The translations under genes were made by a program, and so were the position numbers. Below are positions 46,793 through 58,109 of a stretch of 64,000 nt of DNA, in pieces (the first letter of the stretch is position 1; the number at the start of each line of letters is the position of its first letter). The notes under the pieces are model-generated. The model was not told the DNA's origin. It saw nothing but the letters and a program-made list of their open reading frames with translations, and searched no databases. This DNA comes from Candidatus Latescibacterota bacterium (lineage in GTDB: Bacteria; Latescibacterota; UBA2968; GCA-2709665), in the NCBI GenBank assembly GCA_965226795.1, contig CBDDDZ010000004.1, positions 128,001 through 192,000 of the forward strand, read 5' to 3'.

Positions 46793-48055
46793 CTACTGAA
46801 GCTCTCCGGCCTGCGCCACCACCTTTCGGAAAGCCTCCGCATGTTCCCTGATTATTTCAGGGCGATAGTGTTTGAACCACGGGATGGAATAGAGACGCTC
46901 CGACATCCGCTCTGTCTGCGGCAGGCTCCCCTCGCCCTGGCGAACGTCAGAGTCGGAATGCGCGACCCGCGTGGGTTCGCCATGCCCGTAAACGTCGGCC
47001 TCGTTCAATACGGGATGCAGATGCATCAGCTGGTTGGCCCCCGCCCCGCAGGAAGTCCCTTCGGCCTTCACCGCCTCACAGAACTTCTGCAAGGTCAGCC
47101 CGCCGAGTTCCTCAGGCACATAGATTCCATGCGCGGCGTACCAACCACCCATTGAACTGCCGGAGTTTTTCGGCGGCCTGTGGGGGCGCAGCCCGGGCGC
47201 ACCTTCGAGCAGGTCCCAGAAGTGGTTCATTGCCCTGTCGATCTCTTCCATCCGTTCCCGATAATGCTTGAGTTGGACCCGGCCTACGGCAGACGAAAGC
47301 TGGTGCATCCTGTATTTGAATCCGCCCAGAGGCAAGCCTGCGAATTTCTTCAACTCGGGATTTTCGATCTGTCCGGTACGCTCGTAATGTCCAAATGCAA
47401 TCGCGCGCTCATAGATCTCTTTGTCGTCGGTGACCAGCATTCCCGCCTCACCGATGGCCAGCGACTTTCCCGCCATGCAGGACATTGCGCCCACGTGGCC
47501 TATCCCGCCCGTCAGTGTTCCCTTGTATTTCGCGCCGTGCGCGTGGGAGACGTCTTCAATCACCTTGATTCCGCGGGCGTTGGCAATCTCCATAATTGCA
47601 TCCATATCGGTCGGATGGCCGAAATAGTGGACCGCCACAATGGCCTTGGTTCTGTCCGTAATCTTTCGTTCCACGTCTGCCGGATCCAGTGTGATCGTAT
47701 CCGGATCGATATCCGCGTAAACAATGGTTGCGCCGAGATTCATCGCCTGCAGGACAGATGCCCAGAACGTCATGCTCTGGCAGATGATTTCATCTCCCAC
47801 GCCCACGCCGCAACCGAACATCGCCGTATGGATGGCCGACGTACCCGTATTGTGCGCAAGCGCGTACTTCGTGCCGAACCAGTCGGTAAACTCCTTTTCA
47901 AACTGCACCGTTACATCCGTGCCTGACATGGCCCCGCGCCGTAACACCTCCAACGCGGCTTCTTCGTCCTCTTCAGTGATAATCGGCCAGGTGAACATAT
48001 CTCCCGGATCGGTCTTCACCGCCCTCGATCCACCCAGAATTGCCAGCTTGTCCAT
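46793..48055 (-). CDS. DegT/DnrJ/EryC1/StrS PLP aminotransferase
   Basis: NTGTSAI, VHYFGHP, IEDVSHAHGA, SCMAGKSL (catalytic Lys present). Start placed at MDKLAILGG. Confidence 0.9.
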   Translation of the reverse strand: MDKLAILGGSRAVKTDPGDMFTWPIITEEDEEAALEVLRRGAMSGTDVTVQFEKEFTDWFGTKYALAHNTGTSAIHTAMFGCGVGVGDEIICQSMTFWASVLQAMNLGATIVYADIDPDTITLDPADVERKITDRTKAIVAVHYFGHPTDMDAIMEIANARGIKVIEDVSHAHGAKYKGTLTGGIGHVGAMSCMAGKSLAIGEAGMLVTDDKEIYERAIAFGHYERTGQIENPELKKFAGLPLGGFKYRMHQLSSAVGRVQLKHYRERMEEIDRAMNHFWDLLEGAPGLRPHRPPKNSGSSMGGWYAAHGIYVPEELGGLTLQKFCEAVKAEGTSCGAGANQLMHLHPVLNEADVYGHGEPTRVAHSDSDVRQGEGSLPQTERMSERLYSIPWFKHYRPEIIREHAEAFRKVVAQAGELQ

Positions 48056-48272
48056 CGTCGAACCTCCTCGGGAGCGTACCACCCCCACATTCAAGTTAGT
48101 CCACGGAAAACCTTGCAGCACAATACACCGCAACAGACGACTTTATAGCAAAAAAAAATCGAATCCGCAAGCAAATTATCGGGCAATCAACCTTTTACGT
48201 TTCCCCTTGATTTTTCGACATGATTTCGGTAATTAGGCGTCTCGGGCTCATTGAACTTCAGGATTGGTTTCC

Positions 48273-49250
48273 ATGCCTATTCTCATCACTGGTATTACTG
48301 GCAGAATTGGCGCCAACCTTGCCAGAACTCTGGTTAAAGGAGGGCATTCCGTCCGCGGCCTCGTCTGGCCTCGAGACCCCCGCATCGACAAACTGAACGG
48401 CCTGGACGTAGAGCTTGTTTCCGGCAGCCTCACGAATCCCGGAGACGTGCAGAGGGCCGCAAAAGGCGTCAGGGCGGTTTTCCATCTGGGCGCGGCCTTT
48501 CAGGGCGGCGGACCCTTTTCCGAATCCGACTACTTCGAAATCAACGTTCGCGGCACGTTCAACTTGCTCGAAGCCGCCAGAGCACAGGATCCACCGCCAA
48601 GGTTCATCTACGCTGGCACCGACGCCATTTACGAAAAGTACGTTCAGGGGGGGTTGGCCGAGCCAATCCTCGAAGACCGAACTCCCCGACATATCCGAGG
48701 GTGGTACGCCCTCTCCAAATCGCTTGGCGAAGAACTCTGTACAGGATACTGGCTCACCTACAAGCTGCCCGTCGTCGTCCTTCGATTCTGCATGGTCTTT
48801 GGCGCGGGCGAGATTCTGGACTTTCCGCAATTCCATCTGAGCGGATTGAAGGGCCGTCCCGAATTCAAGGGCATGCGCCACGGAAGAGCGTGCCTGGTGG
48901 TACTCAAGGATCAGGAGGGCAGGCCCTACAAGAAACACGTCGCCGACGTGCGCGACATTGTGCATGGTTGCGTCGGGGCATTGCACGCCCAGGCCGTTTT
49001 CGGCGAAACCATTCAACTGGCCGGCCCCGAACCCTTCACCTGGGACGGAGCCGTCCCCTATCTGTCGGATTGTCTGGGCGTCCCGTTCATTGAAGCTGTC
49101 CTGCAGGGTGACCCCACGTTCTACGAATTCGACCTGACCAAAGCCCGCCGGCTGCTGCGTTTCAGACCCCGCTACGACATCCGACAGATGATCGACGACG
49201 CCCTGGCATACCGACGCGGCGAGGACATCGGCGTTCTGCCAACGGACTAG
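48273..49250 (+). CDS. NAD-dependent epimerase/dehydratase
   Basis: ILITGITGRIG, INVRGTFNLLEAA, YALSK. Confidence 0.9.
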   Translation: MPILITGITGRIGANLARTLVKGGHSVRGLVWPRDPRIDKLNGLDVELVSGSLTNPGDVQRAAKGVRAVFHLGAAFQGGGPFSESDYFEINVRGTFNLLEAARAQDPPPRFIYAGTDAIYEKYVQGGLAEPILEDRTPRHIRGWYALSKSLGEELCTGYWLTYKLPVVVLRFCMVFGAGEILDFPQFHLSGLKGRPEFKGMRHGRACLVVLKDQEGRPYKKHVADVRDIVHGCVGALHAQAVFGETIQLAGPEPFTWDGAVPYLSDCLGVPFIEAVLQGDPTFYEFDLTKARRLLRFRPRYDIRQMIDDALAYRRGEDIGVLPTD

Positions 49251-49376
49251 AAACGCCTGCTGCAATTGACGGAAGCCGGACCCGAGGAGATCGTCTTCTC
49301 CTATTGAACACAACGCGAAATGGCGGGCAACATCGGTCGCACGTTTGTGCGATCGTTCGTGCGAAAAGTGGAAACC

Positions 49377-50126
49377 ATGGCCGACAACCCTTCATTCTGG
49401 CCTGAAGAACTCCATGGCGCCGTAAGTCTTACGTTCGACGACGGCCTCGATACGCAATTGGACAATGCGATTCCCTGCCTGGACGACTGTGACCTGAAGG
49501 GGACGTTTTACGTCAACCCGGGCCGGTCCAAAGCCTGGGAATCCCAGATTCCCCGCTGGCAACAGGCCAGCAGACACGGCCATGAACTCGGCAATCACAC
49601 CTCTATGCATCCGTGTTCCTGCAACTTCGGATTTCGTACTGATGGCTTCTGTCTGGAAAACCTGGGGCTGGATGACATCGAGCGGACCATCGACGAAGCC
49701 ACGGAAGACCTGAACCGCCTTGTTCCCGAACAGCAGGGCGACCGAACTTTCTGTTATCCCTGTTACCAAACGTACGTGGGGGCCGGCGAGAACCGGCAAT
49801 CCTACGTACCGCTCGTCGCTCGCCGCTTCAAGGCCGCCCGGGGCTGGGGCGAACGCGCCAACCATCCGGAACGGATAGACCTGGCCTACACCTGGTCGCT
49901 GGCCGTAGACGGTCACACGGGAAAAGAGATAGTCGAGTACATCGATAACGCCGTCAATGACGGCCTTTGGGCTATCATTTGCATGCATGGCGTCGGCGGC
50001 CAGCATCTCTCGATCGAGACAGCGGCCTTAAGGGAAGTCGCTCGTTATCTGGATCGTAACCGAAACCGGATCTGGACCGCCACGATGATCGACGTTGCCG
50101 ACTACATTATCCGGCATCGTCACTGA
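49377..50126 (+). CDS. Polysaccharide deacetylase (NodB-like)
   Basis: SLTFDDG, GTFYV, HELGNHTSMH, FCYP. Confidence 0.85.
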   Translation: MADNPSFWPEELHGAVSLTFDDGLDTQLDNAIPCLDDCDLKGTFYVNPGRSKAWESQIPRWQQASRHGHELGNHTSMHPCSCNFGFRTDGFCLENLGLDDIERTIDEATEDLNRLVPEQQGDRTFCYPCYQTYVGAGENRQSYVPLVARRFKAARGWGERANHPERIDLAYTWSLAVDGHTGKEIVEYIDNAVNDGLWAIICMHGVGGQHLSIETAALREVARYLDRNRNRIWTATMIDVADYIIRHRH

Positions 50127-50198
50127 CAGGACGGATAAAGGGACCCTCCGCCGGGCGGACGCCCCTTTGTCGAAAAACCCGAAACACGAGGATTCGGC

Positions 50199-51305
50199 AT
50201 GATCGTACAGACACATCTCATCGGCTGTCCCAAGGAAGACCTGGACACACCCGCGCTCCTGGTGGACCTGCCTACGCTGGAACGCAATACCAGGAAAATG
50301 GCAGATACCATCATCCAGAAGGCGGGCGTCCAATGGCGTCCCCACACCAAGGGAATGAAAACCCCTGCACTCGCCCACAGATTGCTGGACGCGGGCGCCA
50401 TCGGGATTACCTGTGCCAAACTCGGCGAGGCCGAAGTGATGGCCGCGGGTGGCGTCAAGGACATCCTCATTGCCAACCAGATCGTCGGCCACCGAAAAAT
50501 CGCCCGCCTGGTCAACCTTCGCAAACAGGCCGACGTCATGGTTTGCGTGGACGACGAGAGCAACATTCGCCAACTCAATCTCGCCGCCCTGGAAAAAGGC
50601 GTCCGCGTGCGGGTGCTGATTGAAGTCGACGTCGGCATGAACCGGGCAGGCGTTGGGCCGGGCGAGCCCGTTCTATCGCTTGCGCAGACCATTGCCGCCA
50701 GCCCGTGTCTGCAATTCTCTGGCCTGATGACGTGGGAAGCCCACACGCTGGCCATTAAAGACCCCGGCGAAAAGCGGCGGGTCATTTCGGAATCCCTGTC
50801 GAAACTCACGGCCAGCGCGGATCTGTGCCGCCGCAGCGGCCTCTGCGTAGACATTGTCAGTTGCGGCGGCACCGGCACGTACTGGATCAGCGCCTTTCAT
50901 CCCGGCATCACCGAAATCGAAGCCGGCGGCGGCATCTTCGGCGATGTCCGGTATCGCACCGTTTTCGGTGTGGAGCACGAAGACGCCCTCACGGTCGTTT
51001 CCACCGTCACCAGCCGCCCCACGCCCACCCGCATCATCTGTGACGCGGGGAAGAAAACCATGAGCAGCGACGCCGCCGTTCCGGAGCCGATCGGCATCCC
51101 CAATGTCACGTTCGTGGGCCTGTCCGCCGAACACGGCAAGATTGAACTGAGCGCGCCCGCGGAGACCCCGCGAGTTGGCGAAACCATTGAATTCGTAGCG
51201 GGCTACTCCGACACTACGGTTGTGCTTCACGACGAACTCTACGGAATCCGCGACGGCGTCGTTGAAGCCGTCTGGCCGCTTCCGGCTCGCGGCCGCCTGC
51301 AGTGA
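50199..51305 (+). CDS. DSD1/D-threonine aldolase family PLP enzyme
   Basis: LDTPALLVD, RPHTK, CAKLGEAE, GGTGT, DAGKK, SAEHG. Confidence 0.85.
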   Translation: MIVQTHLIGCPKEDLDTPALLVDLPTLERNTRKMADTIIQKAGVQWRPHTKGMKTPALAHRLLDAGAIGITCAKLGEAEVMAAGGVKDILIANQIVGHRKIARLVNLRKQADVMVCVDDESNIRQLNLAALEKGVRVRVLIEVDVGMNRAGVGPGEPVLSLAQTIAASPCLQFSGLMTWEAHTLAIKDPGEKRRVISESLSKLTASADLCRRSGLCVDIVSCGGTGTYWISAFHPGITEIEAGGGIFGDVRYRTVFGVEHEDALTVVSTVTSRPTPTRIICDAGKKTMSSDAAVPEPIGIPNVTFVGLSAEHGKIELSAPAETPRVGETIEFVAGYSDTTVVLHDELYGIRDGVVEAVWPLPARGRLQ

Positions 51306-51602
51306 CAACGCCCAATAGGCAATCCTGAATCCCTATGGGTGCAACAGTCTTGCGCAGACGCCCGCTTCAGCGCGAAGACGCTGGCGGCAGTTTGCCGCGG
51401 AACCTGTGAATCCGGAATTCACAACCGGCCGGACACCGTCGTGAAGGTACCGGAATCTGTCGATTCGATCCTCCCCGCCCGTCGTCGAGGACACCTCGAA
51501 ATACGCCCAGTTTTGTATTGACGAATTCCGCATAGATCGTTATAATGGGTGCATTTTGCGAAGGAACTGAACGCGATCATCCTGCGCCTACAGGGGTCTT
51601 TA

Positions 51603-53312
51603 ATGGACATACCGATTCACGACGTGCTTCTTGTAGGGGGCGGCGCGGCGGGCTTGCGTGCCGCCATCGCGACGGCGGAAATCGATTCCAGTCTGAACGT
51701 TGCCGTCGTCTCCAAAGTCTACCCCATGCGCAGCCACACCGTCTCGGCCGAGGGCGGGGCGGCGGCCGTCATGCGCGAATACGACAATCTGGATCTCCAT
51801 TCCTTCGACACAATCAGAGGCAGCGATTACCTTGCCGACCAGGACGTCGTCGAAGCCTTTGTAAAGGAAGCACAGGACGAAGCCATACAACTGGAACACT
51901 GGGGCTGCCCCTGGAGTCGAGATGCGGACGGTCGCCTCAGCGTGCGTGCTTTTGGCGGCATGAGCGTAAAGCGCACGCTCTTCGCTGCCGACAAAACCGG
52001 CTTCCACATGTTGCACGCCCTGTTTCAGACCTCCCTGAAATACGACGCGATTACCCGTTACGACGAGTGGTTTGTCACATCCCTTCTTGTAGACGACGGA
52101 AGCGTCTGCGGCGTAGCCGCCCTGAACATGCGCTCGGGGGCCATCCACGCCATTGGCGCGAAATCCGTTATCATCTGCACCGGCGGGGGCGGCAAGATCT
52201 TTCCGTTTACCACCAATGCCGCCATCAAGAACGGTGACGGTATGGCCCTGGCATACCGCATCGGGTGTCCATTGAAAGACATGGAGTTCGTCCAGTACCA
52301 TCCCACCGGCCTGCCCGGTACGGGCATACTGATGACGGAAGCATCGCGAGGGGAAGGTGGCTATCTGATCAATAACAAGGGCGAACGCTATCTGAGCGAA
52401 TACATTCCCGGCAAAATGGAACTGGGCCCGCGCGATATCCTGTCCCGCGCTTTTGTATATGAAATGCGATCGGGCAGGGCCTTCGACGGACCCTATGGCA
52501 ACTACGTACATCTGGATCTCAGACACCTGGGCGAGAAAGTCATCAACGAAAAGCTGCCTTTTGTCAGGGAACTCACCAGGAACTACGTCGGCCTCGATCC
52601 GGTCCGGGATCCCATTCCCGTCCGTCCCGTCGTCCACTACATGATGGGTGGCATCCATACGGATATAAATGGCGCAACGCCCGTTCGGGGCCTTTACGCC
52701 GCCGGCGAAGCCGCCTGCGTCAGTCTCAACGGCGCCAATCGCCTGGGCTCCAATTCTCTTACGGAATGCCTTGTGTTTGGCGCCCGCGCGGGTAAAGTCG
52801 CTGCGGACTACGCCAGCGGACAGGAAGCCCCCAGGCCGGACACGCTCGATAACCTTACCCGAGACGAGCGGCGGCGCATCGAACGGACATACCTGCAGCC
52901 ACGCAACGGCAAGGAACGCGTCGTGGCCATTCGTACCGAGATGCAGCTGGCAATGGAACGCGGCGCCGGTATCTTCCGCGATGAAGAAACATTGAAAGAA
53001 ACCTGCGAAGTCCTGAGGCAACTCCAGGAACGCTTCCGAAACGTGGGCCTGGATGACACCTCGAGAGTATTCAACACCGAACTCACCGCGGCGCTGGAAC
53101 TGGGGTTCATGCTGGATGCGGCTGAAACGCTGGCCCATGCCGCCCTGCAACGCAAGGAATCCCGGGGCTCTCACTCCCGCACGGACTTCGAAACCCGAGA
53201 CGATGAGCGTTTTCTAAAACACTCGCTGACCTACAAGACGGAAGCTGGTCCGCACACCGACTACCTTCCCGTGACGATCACCCGCTGGCAGCCCGAAGAA
53301 CGCAAATACTGA
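51603..53312 (+). CDS. frdA: Fumarate reductase/succinate dehydrogenase flavoprotein subunit
   Basis: [16 protein letters not shown] (FAD-His), [28 protein letters not shown]. Confidence 0.93.
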   Translation: MDIPIHDVLLVGGGAAGLRAAIATAEIDSSLNVAVVSKVYPMRSHTVSAEGGAAAVMREYDNLDLHSFDTIRGSDYLADQDVVEAFVKEAQDEAIQLEHWGCPWSRDADGRLSVRAFGGMSVKRTLFAADKTGFHMLHALFQTSLKYDAITRYDEWFVTSLLVDDGSVCGVAALNMRSGAIHAIGAKSVIICTGGGGKIFPFTTNAAIKNGDGMALAYRIGCPLKDMEFVQYHPTGLPGTGILMTEASRGEGGYLINNKGERYLSEYIPGKMELGPRDILSRAFVYEMRSGRAFDGPYGNYVHLDLRHLGEKVINEKLPFVRELTRNYVGLDPVRDPIPVRPVVHYMMGGIHTDINGATPVRGLYAAGEAACVSLNGANRLGSNSLTECLVFGARAGKVAADYASGQEAPRPDTLDNLTRDERRRIERTYLQPRNGKERVVAIRTEMQLAMERGAGIFRDEETLKETCEVLRQLQERFRNVGLDDTSRVFNTELTAALELGFMLDAAETLAHAALQRKESRGSHSRTDFETRDDERFLKHSLTYKTEAGPHTDYLPVTITRWQPEERKY

Positions 53313-53375
53313 AACCAGGATTCAAGAGCGTGAAATCCGATGCCCGGATTTCGAATCCTCCGCAAGGGGAATTTC

Positions 53376-54125
53376 ATGAGTAATGGCAGGAAGATCACCA
53401 TAACCGTTACACGCTACCGTCCCGAGCAGGAAGAAGAGCCCGTCGAACAGTCTTACGAAATCGAATTTCAGGAAGACTGGGTGGTACTGGATGCGCTCAA
53501 TTATATAAAAGATCATATTGACGGATCGCTCTCCTTCCGCTGGTCATGCCGGATGGGTGTTTGCGGAAGTTGCGGTATGATGGTCAACGGTGAGCCCAAG
53601 CTCTCTTGCGCCGCCTTTGTGCGCGATTATTACCCGGGTGAAGTCCGTGTGGAACCTCTGCACAACTTTCCCATCGTCCGGGACCTGATTATCGACATGA
53701 CCGATTTCATGGATAAACTCAAGGCGGTGCAGCCCTGGATCATCCGGGACGAAGAAAAGCCCATATCGGAGGGGGAATACCTGCAGACGCCCGACGAACT
53801 GAAGGAATACAAGCAGTTCAGTATGTGCATCAATTGTATGCTCTGCTATGCCGCCTGTCCCGTATATGGGCTTGAAACCGAGTTCATCGGCCCTGCCGCT
53901 ATTGCCCTGGGGCATCGGTACAACCTGGACTCCCGCGACGAGGGCCAGGAACGGCGTCAACACGTGATTGCAAGCAGCGAAGGTATCTGGGAATGTACCT
54001 ATATTGGTGAGTGCTCCGTGGTCTGTCCCAAAGACGTGGATCCCGCAGCTGCCATCCAGCGGAATAAGGTGGCCACGACGGGCGGCTGGTTCAAATCCGT
54101 ACTCCTGCCCTGGGGGAAGAAGTGA
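53376..54125 (+). CDS. frdB: Fumarate reductase iron-sulfur subunit
   Basis: [35 protein letters not shown]. Confidence 0.93.
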   Translation: MSNGRKITITVTRYRPEQEEEPVEQSYEIEFQEDWVVLDALNYIKDHIDGSLSFRWSCRMGVCGSCGMMVNGEPKLSCAAFVRDYYPGEVRVEPLHNFPIVRDLIIDMTDFMDKLKAVQPWIIRDEEKPISEGEYLQTPDELKEYKQFSMCINCMLCYAACPVYGLETEFIGPAAIALGHRYNLDSRDEGQERRQHVIASSEGIWECTYIGECSVVCPKDVDPAAAIQRNKVATTGGWFKSVLLPWGKK

Positions 54126-54126
54126 G

Positions 54127-54537
54127 ATGATGCGCAAGAACAAAACCGAACACAAGGCCTATGTGCGTCCTGTACCTGTCACATGGTGGTTGCATAACCG
54201 CCGGTACTTCCTGTTCATGATCAGGGAATCAACCAGTGTGTTCATCGGCCTGTTTGTCGCGCTATATCTGTACCAGCTATTCCTGATCTCCAAAGGCGCG
54301 GAGGTTCACAATCTGTTTCAGGAATCGCTCCGATCCGTACCTTTTGTCGTTTTTTACGCCATTGTCCTGCTGTTCGCGCTTTACCACAGCATCACATGGT
54401 TGGGTCTGGTCTCCAAGATCCAGATCGTTCGGGTTGGCCGCCTGACGGTACCGCCCTTTCTCGTGGGAATGGGCGCCTATCTTTCGTGGATTGTCGCATC
54501 GGCCGTCATTGCCTACCTGTTTCTGACATTGAAGTAG
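54127..54537 (+). CDS. frdC: Fumarate reductase membrane anchor subunit C
   Basis: YVRPVPVTWW...YFLFMIRESTSV, LYHSITW, three TM helices. Confidence 0.85.
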   Translation: MMRKNKTEHKAYVRPVPVTWWLHNRRYFLFMIRESTSVFIGLFVALYLYQLFLISKGAEVHNLFQESLRSVPFVVFYAIVLLFALYHSITWLGLVSKIQIVRVGRLTVPPFLVGMGAYLSWIVASAVIAYLFLTLK

Positions 54538-54546
54538 GGGGAATCC

Positions 54547-54903
54547 GTGTACAAAGAAGATAGATCCGAACCCTTCTGGTGGGGTATGTTCTCCCTCGGC
54601 GGCGTGGTTGCCGCACTGCTGATACCCGTCCACATCTTATTCGTCGGCCTTGCCGTACCGCTCGGCCTGATTGACAAGAGCCTGCTCGAATACAGCCGGA
54701 TGAAATCCCTGTTTGCGAATCCCCTGGTCAAAGTCTACCTCTTCGCTCTCTTGGCCCTTCCGCTTTTTCACGCCGCCCACCGCGTTCGTTTCTCGCTCCA
54801 CGAAATGGGCATCCGGAAATTGTTGCTCCCACTGGATATCCTTTGTTATGGCGGCGCCCTCCTCGGTACGGCGGTTACACTGTACGTTCTGTGGGTTATT
54901 TGA
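54547..54903 (+). CDS. frdD: Fumarate reductase membrane anchor subunit D
   Basis: RSEPFWWGMFSLGG, LPLFHAAHR, CYG. Confidence 0.85.
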   Translation: MYKEDRSEPFWWGMFSLGGVVAALLIPVHILFVGLAVPLGLIDKSLLEYSRMKSLFANPLVKVYLFALLALPLFHAAHRVRFSLHEMGIRKLLLPLDILCYGGALLGTAVTLYVLWVI

Positions 54904-54972
54904 GGCTCCGTTTAAATACAACCTGATCTTCCAGGCCGGGTAATCCGGACGCATCGAATATCGGGATCGCCT

Positions 54973-56295
54973 ATGAAACCGACATCGTTCAACCCGTCAA
55001 CGGCCGCCGTATGGAAGGTGCTGCTCTGGTGCAACGTCCTTTCGGTCCTGTCGCCAACTACCCATGCGGCGGGTAACGCTCCGGAGAGCGTCTACCGGCA
55101 AGTGGGCCCTTCCGTTGTCGTATTTGATGTTGAAAGAAGAGACGGTTCCCGGGTACGGGGAATGGGCTTTCTCGCCATCGACAACCGAATTGCGGTTACT
55201 ACCTGGGATCTTGTCGACGACGCGATACATGTTGTCGCCAGATTCGAATCCGGCGAGGAGTTCGGGGTTTCGGGCCTGATCGACAAAGACGAAAAACGAA
55301 ACGTGGCGCTTGTCCGGGTCAAAGTCTTTGGCAGGCCGCTGCTTGAACTGGACGCCCGGGATCCGGTCGAGGTCAAAAAGGCCTATATTGTCGAGGCGGT
55401 CGAGGGGGAAGCATTCAGGCTCGTCGACGGCAGGATGAATCCGTTCGAAGTGGTCGACGGGGTGCGTGTCTATCCCATGGGCGCCGCCCTATCCATTGGC
55501 AGCGGCGGAGGACCGCTGGTTGACGAATCCGGTCGCGTCATCGGCATCGTATCGATTCAATCACGCGAAGGTCGAGTTTCAGGCCGTGCCATCCCGTCTG
55601 TATATGCCCTGGGCCTCGATCACACGTTGCCCACCCGGCCGTGGCAGGAGACCCTGGCGCTCCCGGCCCGCCCCGTATCGGCGGAGCCCGAGCCCGCCGC
55701 CGCGCCGCAACCGGACCCGCGCGCCATCCGGTTTCGCTTCTACCGCGCCCACGAACAGCGTTTCAGCGATGTCAACCGCAATCTGTGGACCGGGTCCATT
55801 CTTTGGTGGGTGGACAATATCAAAAAAAAATGCGGCGGCAACCCAACCATTGGCGCTACAGAAGACATGGGCGTTGACGCCGTTGCGATTCCCTCTTCGA
55901 AAGCGCGATTCACAACCCGGACTACGGGTTGGAAATCCTGGGTCCTGGGTATAGACAGTTTGAAGACGTATATCGCCAAGACCGAACGTAACCGGGACTT
56001 TCACATCGGCGTTTTTGAGGAAGTCAGGCAAAAACCCTCGCCGGAGGAGAAGTCGATCGCGGTTGCGGGGGTCCACGCCCCTCCCCACGTCCTGGCGCTT
56101 TATTTCAAAGCCACCCGGATCAAGGAAGATGAACGCGCTCACTTTATCGGCTATCTCTTTGGCCTGGACAGCAGCGACGGCGGGGTCATGTCCGAAAGAT
56201 ATCCCCGCGGTCCCGGCTCGCCCCCAACCTACGGCAACATGACCGAATGGCCGGCCCACTGGTGCCGGAAAATCGCGGGACATCTCGATCAATAG
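54973..56295 (+). CDS. Secreted trypsin-like (S1C) domain protein with degenerate catalytic triad
   Basis: PSVV, GMGF, TTWDLV, NVALVRV, GSGGGPLVDESGRVIGI; Pro-rich linker; unassigned C-terminal domain. Confidence 0.7.
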   Translation: MKPTSFNPSTAAVWKVLLWCNVLSVLSPTTHAAGNAPESVYRQVGPSVVVFDVERRDGSRVRGMGFLAIDNRIAVTTWDLVDDAIHVVARFESGEEFGVSGLIDKDEKRNVALVRVKVFGRPLLELDARDPVEVKKAYIVEAVEGEAFRLVDGRMNPFEVVDGVRVYPMGAALSIGSGGGPLVDESGRVIGIVSIQSREGRVSGRAIPSVYALGLDHTLPTRPWQETLALPARPVSAEPEPAAAPQPDPRAIRFRFYRAHEQRFSDVNRNLWTGSILWWVDNIKKKCGGNPTIGATEDMGVDAVAIPSSKARFTTRTTGWKSWVLGIDSLKTYIAKTERNRDFHIGVFEEVRQKPSPEEKSIAVAGVHAPPHVLALYFKATRIKEDERAHFIGYLFGLDSSDGGVMSERYPRGPGSPPTYGNMTEWPAHWCRKIAGHLDQ

Positions 56296-56314
56296 TCCTC
56301 GTATTCATGAAAAC

Positions 56315-56351
56315 AAGAAGAGCCCGGCAGAATTCCTGCCGGGCTCTTCTT
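56315..56351. terminator. Bidirectional intrinsic terminator
   Basis: Perfect 16-bp IR AAGAAGAGCCCGGCAG / CTGCCGGGCTCTTCTT between convergent genes. Confidence 0.85.
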
Positions 56352-56410
56352 ATAAACTCAAACTGCCATTCGATAGCGATGGATGAAGTGGACACTACAT
56401 CCGTTCGCCG

Positions 56411-57805
56411 TTACCCGCCTGGCCCCGTCATCCTCTCCGGCCGGACCGCGGCATCGAACGCCTCCCCGTTCATCATTCCGAGCACCACCACCGATTCCCG
56501 AAGCGTCAGATTTTCGTCGAACGCTTTCTTGGCAACCTTTGCCGCGTTGTCGTATCCAATCTGAGGGTTCAGCGCCGTGACAAGCATGAGCGATCGCTCC
56601 AGGTGACTCTGGATATTCTCCCGGTTCGGTTCAATGCCCACCGCGCAGTGATCGTTGAACGACTCGCAGGCATCGGCCAGCAGCCGGACCGACTGCAGCA
56701 AATTGTAGACGATCAGCGGTTTGAACACGTTCAGTTCGAAATTCCCCGAGGAACCGCCCACCGCAATCGCCATATCGTTCCCGATCACCTGTGCGGCCAC
56801 CATCGTCATCGCTTCGCACTGGGTGGGGTTCACCTTGCCGGGCATAATTGAACTGCCCGGCTCGTTGGCGGGGAGCGTCAGCTCGCCAATACCGCAGCGC
56901 GGCCCCGAAGCCAGCCAACGAGTGTCGTTGGCTATTTTCATCAGCGAGCACGCCAACGTTTTCAGAGCGCCACTGGTTTCCACCATTGCGTCGTGCGCCG
57001 CCAGGGACTCGAACTTGTTGGCGGCCGAAACAAACGGATGGCCGGCCAGTTCGGAAATCCGCGCGGCAGCCCGGTCGGCAAATTCCGGATGCGTATTCAG
57101 CCCGGTTCCAACGGCCGTGCCGCCGAGCGCGAGTTCATAGAGGTTCGACAGGCATCGCTCTACACGCTCCAGGCCCTTCGTCAATTGAGTTACGTACCCC
57201 GAAAACTCCTGGCCCAGCGTCAGTGGAACGGCGTCCATCAGATGGGTGCGTCCAATCTTGATGATATCCTCAAAATCGTCCGTTTTACCGGCCAGCGTAT
57301 CCCGCAGCTTTCCGACCATTGGAATCAACCGCCTGTGAATCTCGCTAACGGCTGCAATATGCATTGCTGCGGGAAACGTGTCGTTTGAAGACTGCGCCAT
57401 ATTGACATGGTCGTTCGGATGAATCGGATCTTTGCTGCCCATCCGTCCGCCGGAAATCTGAATCGCCCGGTTGGATATCACTTCGTTGGCGTTCATATTC
57501 GTCTGCGTGCCGCTTCCCGTCTGCCAGATCCGCAACGGAAAATGGTCGTTCAGCTTACCCTCGATGACTTCGTCGGCCGCCTGTACGATAAGATCGGCCT
57601 TTTCCGACGACAGCTTTCCCAGTTCCCGATTCACATGCGCGGCCCCTTTTTTCAGGATGCCAAACGCTCTGATCAACTCCCGGGGCATGCGTTCTTCGCC
57701 AATATCAAAATGAATCAGCGCCCGGGCGGTCTGAGCGCCGTAATACCGGTCGTCCGGAACCTGAATCTCTCCCATACTGTCCGTTTCGATCCTGTATCCC
57801 TCCAT
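56411..57805 (-). CDS. fumC: Class II fumarate hydratase
   Basis: [43 protein letters not shown]. Confidence 0.96.
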   Translation of the reverse strand: MEGYRIETDSMGEIQVPDDRYYGAQTARALIHFDIGEERMPRELIRAFGILKKGAAHVNRELGKLSSEKADLIVQAADEVIEGKLNDHFPLRIWQTGSGTQTNMNANEVISNRAIQISGGRMGSKDPIHPNDHVNMAQSSNDTFPAAMHIAAVSEIHRRLIPMVGKLRDTLAGKTDDFEDIIKIGRTHLMDAVPLTLGQEFSGYVTQLTKGLERVERCLSNLYELALGGTAVGTGLNTHPEFADRAAARISELAGHPFVSAANKFESLAAHDAMVETSGALKTLACSLMKIANDTRWLASGPRCGIGELTLPANEPGSSIMPGKVNPTQCEAMTMVAAQVIGNDMAIAVGGSSGNFELNVFKPLIVYNLLQSVRLLADACESFNDHCAVGIEPNRENIQSHLERSLMLVTALNPQIGYDNAAKVAKKAFDENLTLRESVVVLGMMNGEAFDAAVRPERMTGPGG

Positions 57806-57928
57806 CTCTCCTTCTCCTCTCAGATAGCGCGTGGGTGCGAGTTTAGGCGTTGCCGGGCGTTTCAGGATACAAAAACAGAACGTCTCCGGCAACCACATCC
57901 GGTAATTTACGTGCCATCATCAATAAAC

Positions 57929-57945
57929 ATAATGGTATATATTAT
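57929..57945. promoter_or_regulatory. AT-rich inverted repeat between divergent fumC and LysR genes, candidate operator
   Basis: ATAAT-N7-ATTAT within the only strongly AT-rich stretch of the region. Confidence 0.4.
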
Positions 57946-58109
57946 TTTCTTGCTTTTAAAATTAATATTCCTTATCTTCAAAACTTACTTTAGCGCCGCA
58001 CCTGGCGAGGTGCACCACACCGCGAAATCACGTCTGTCGGCTTCTCGTTCCGAAAAATACCTCAGCGGGAAGAAACGCCCGACAAAAATTGTCCGAAGGA
58101 GATGCCTGC

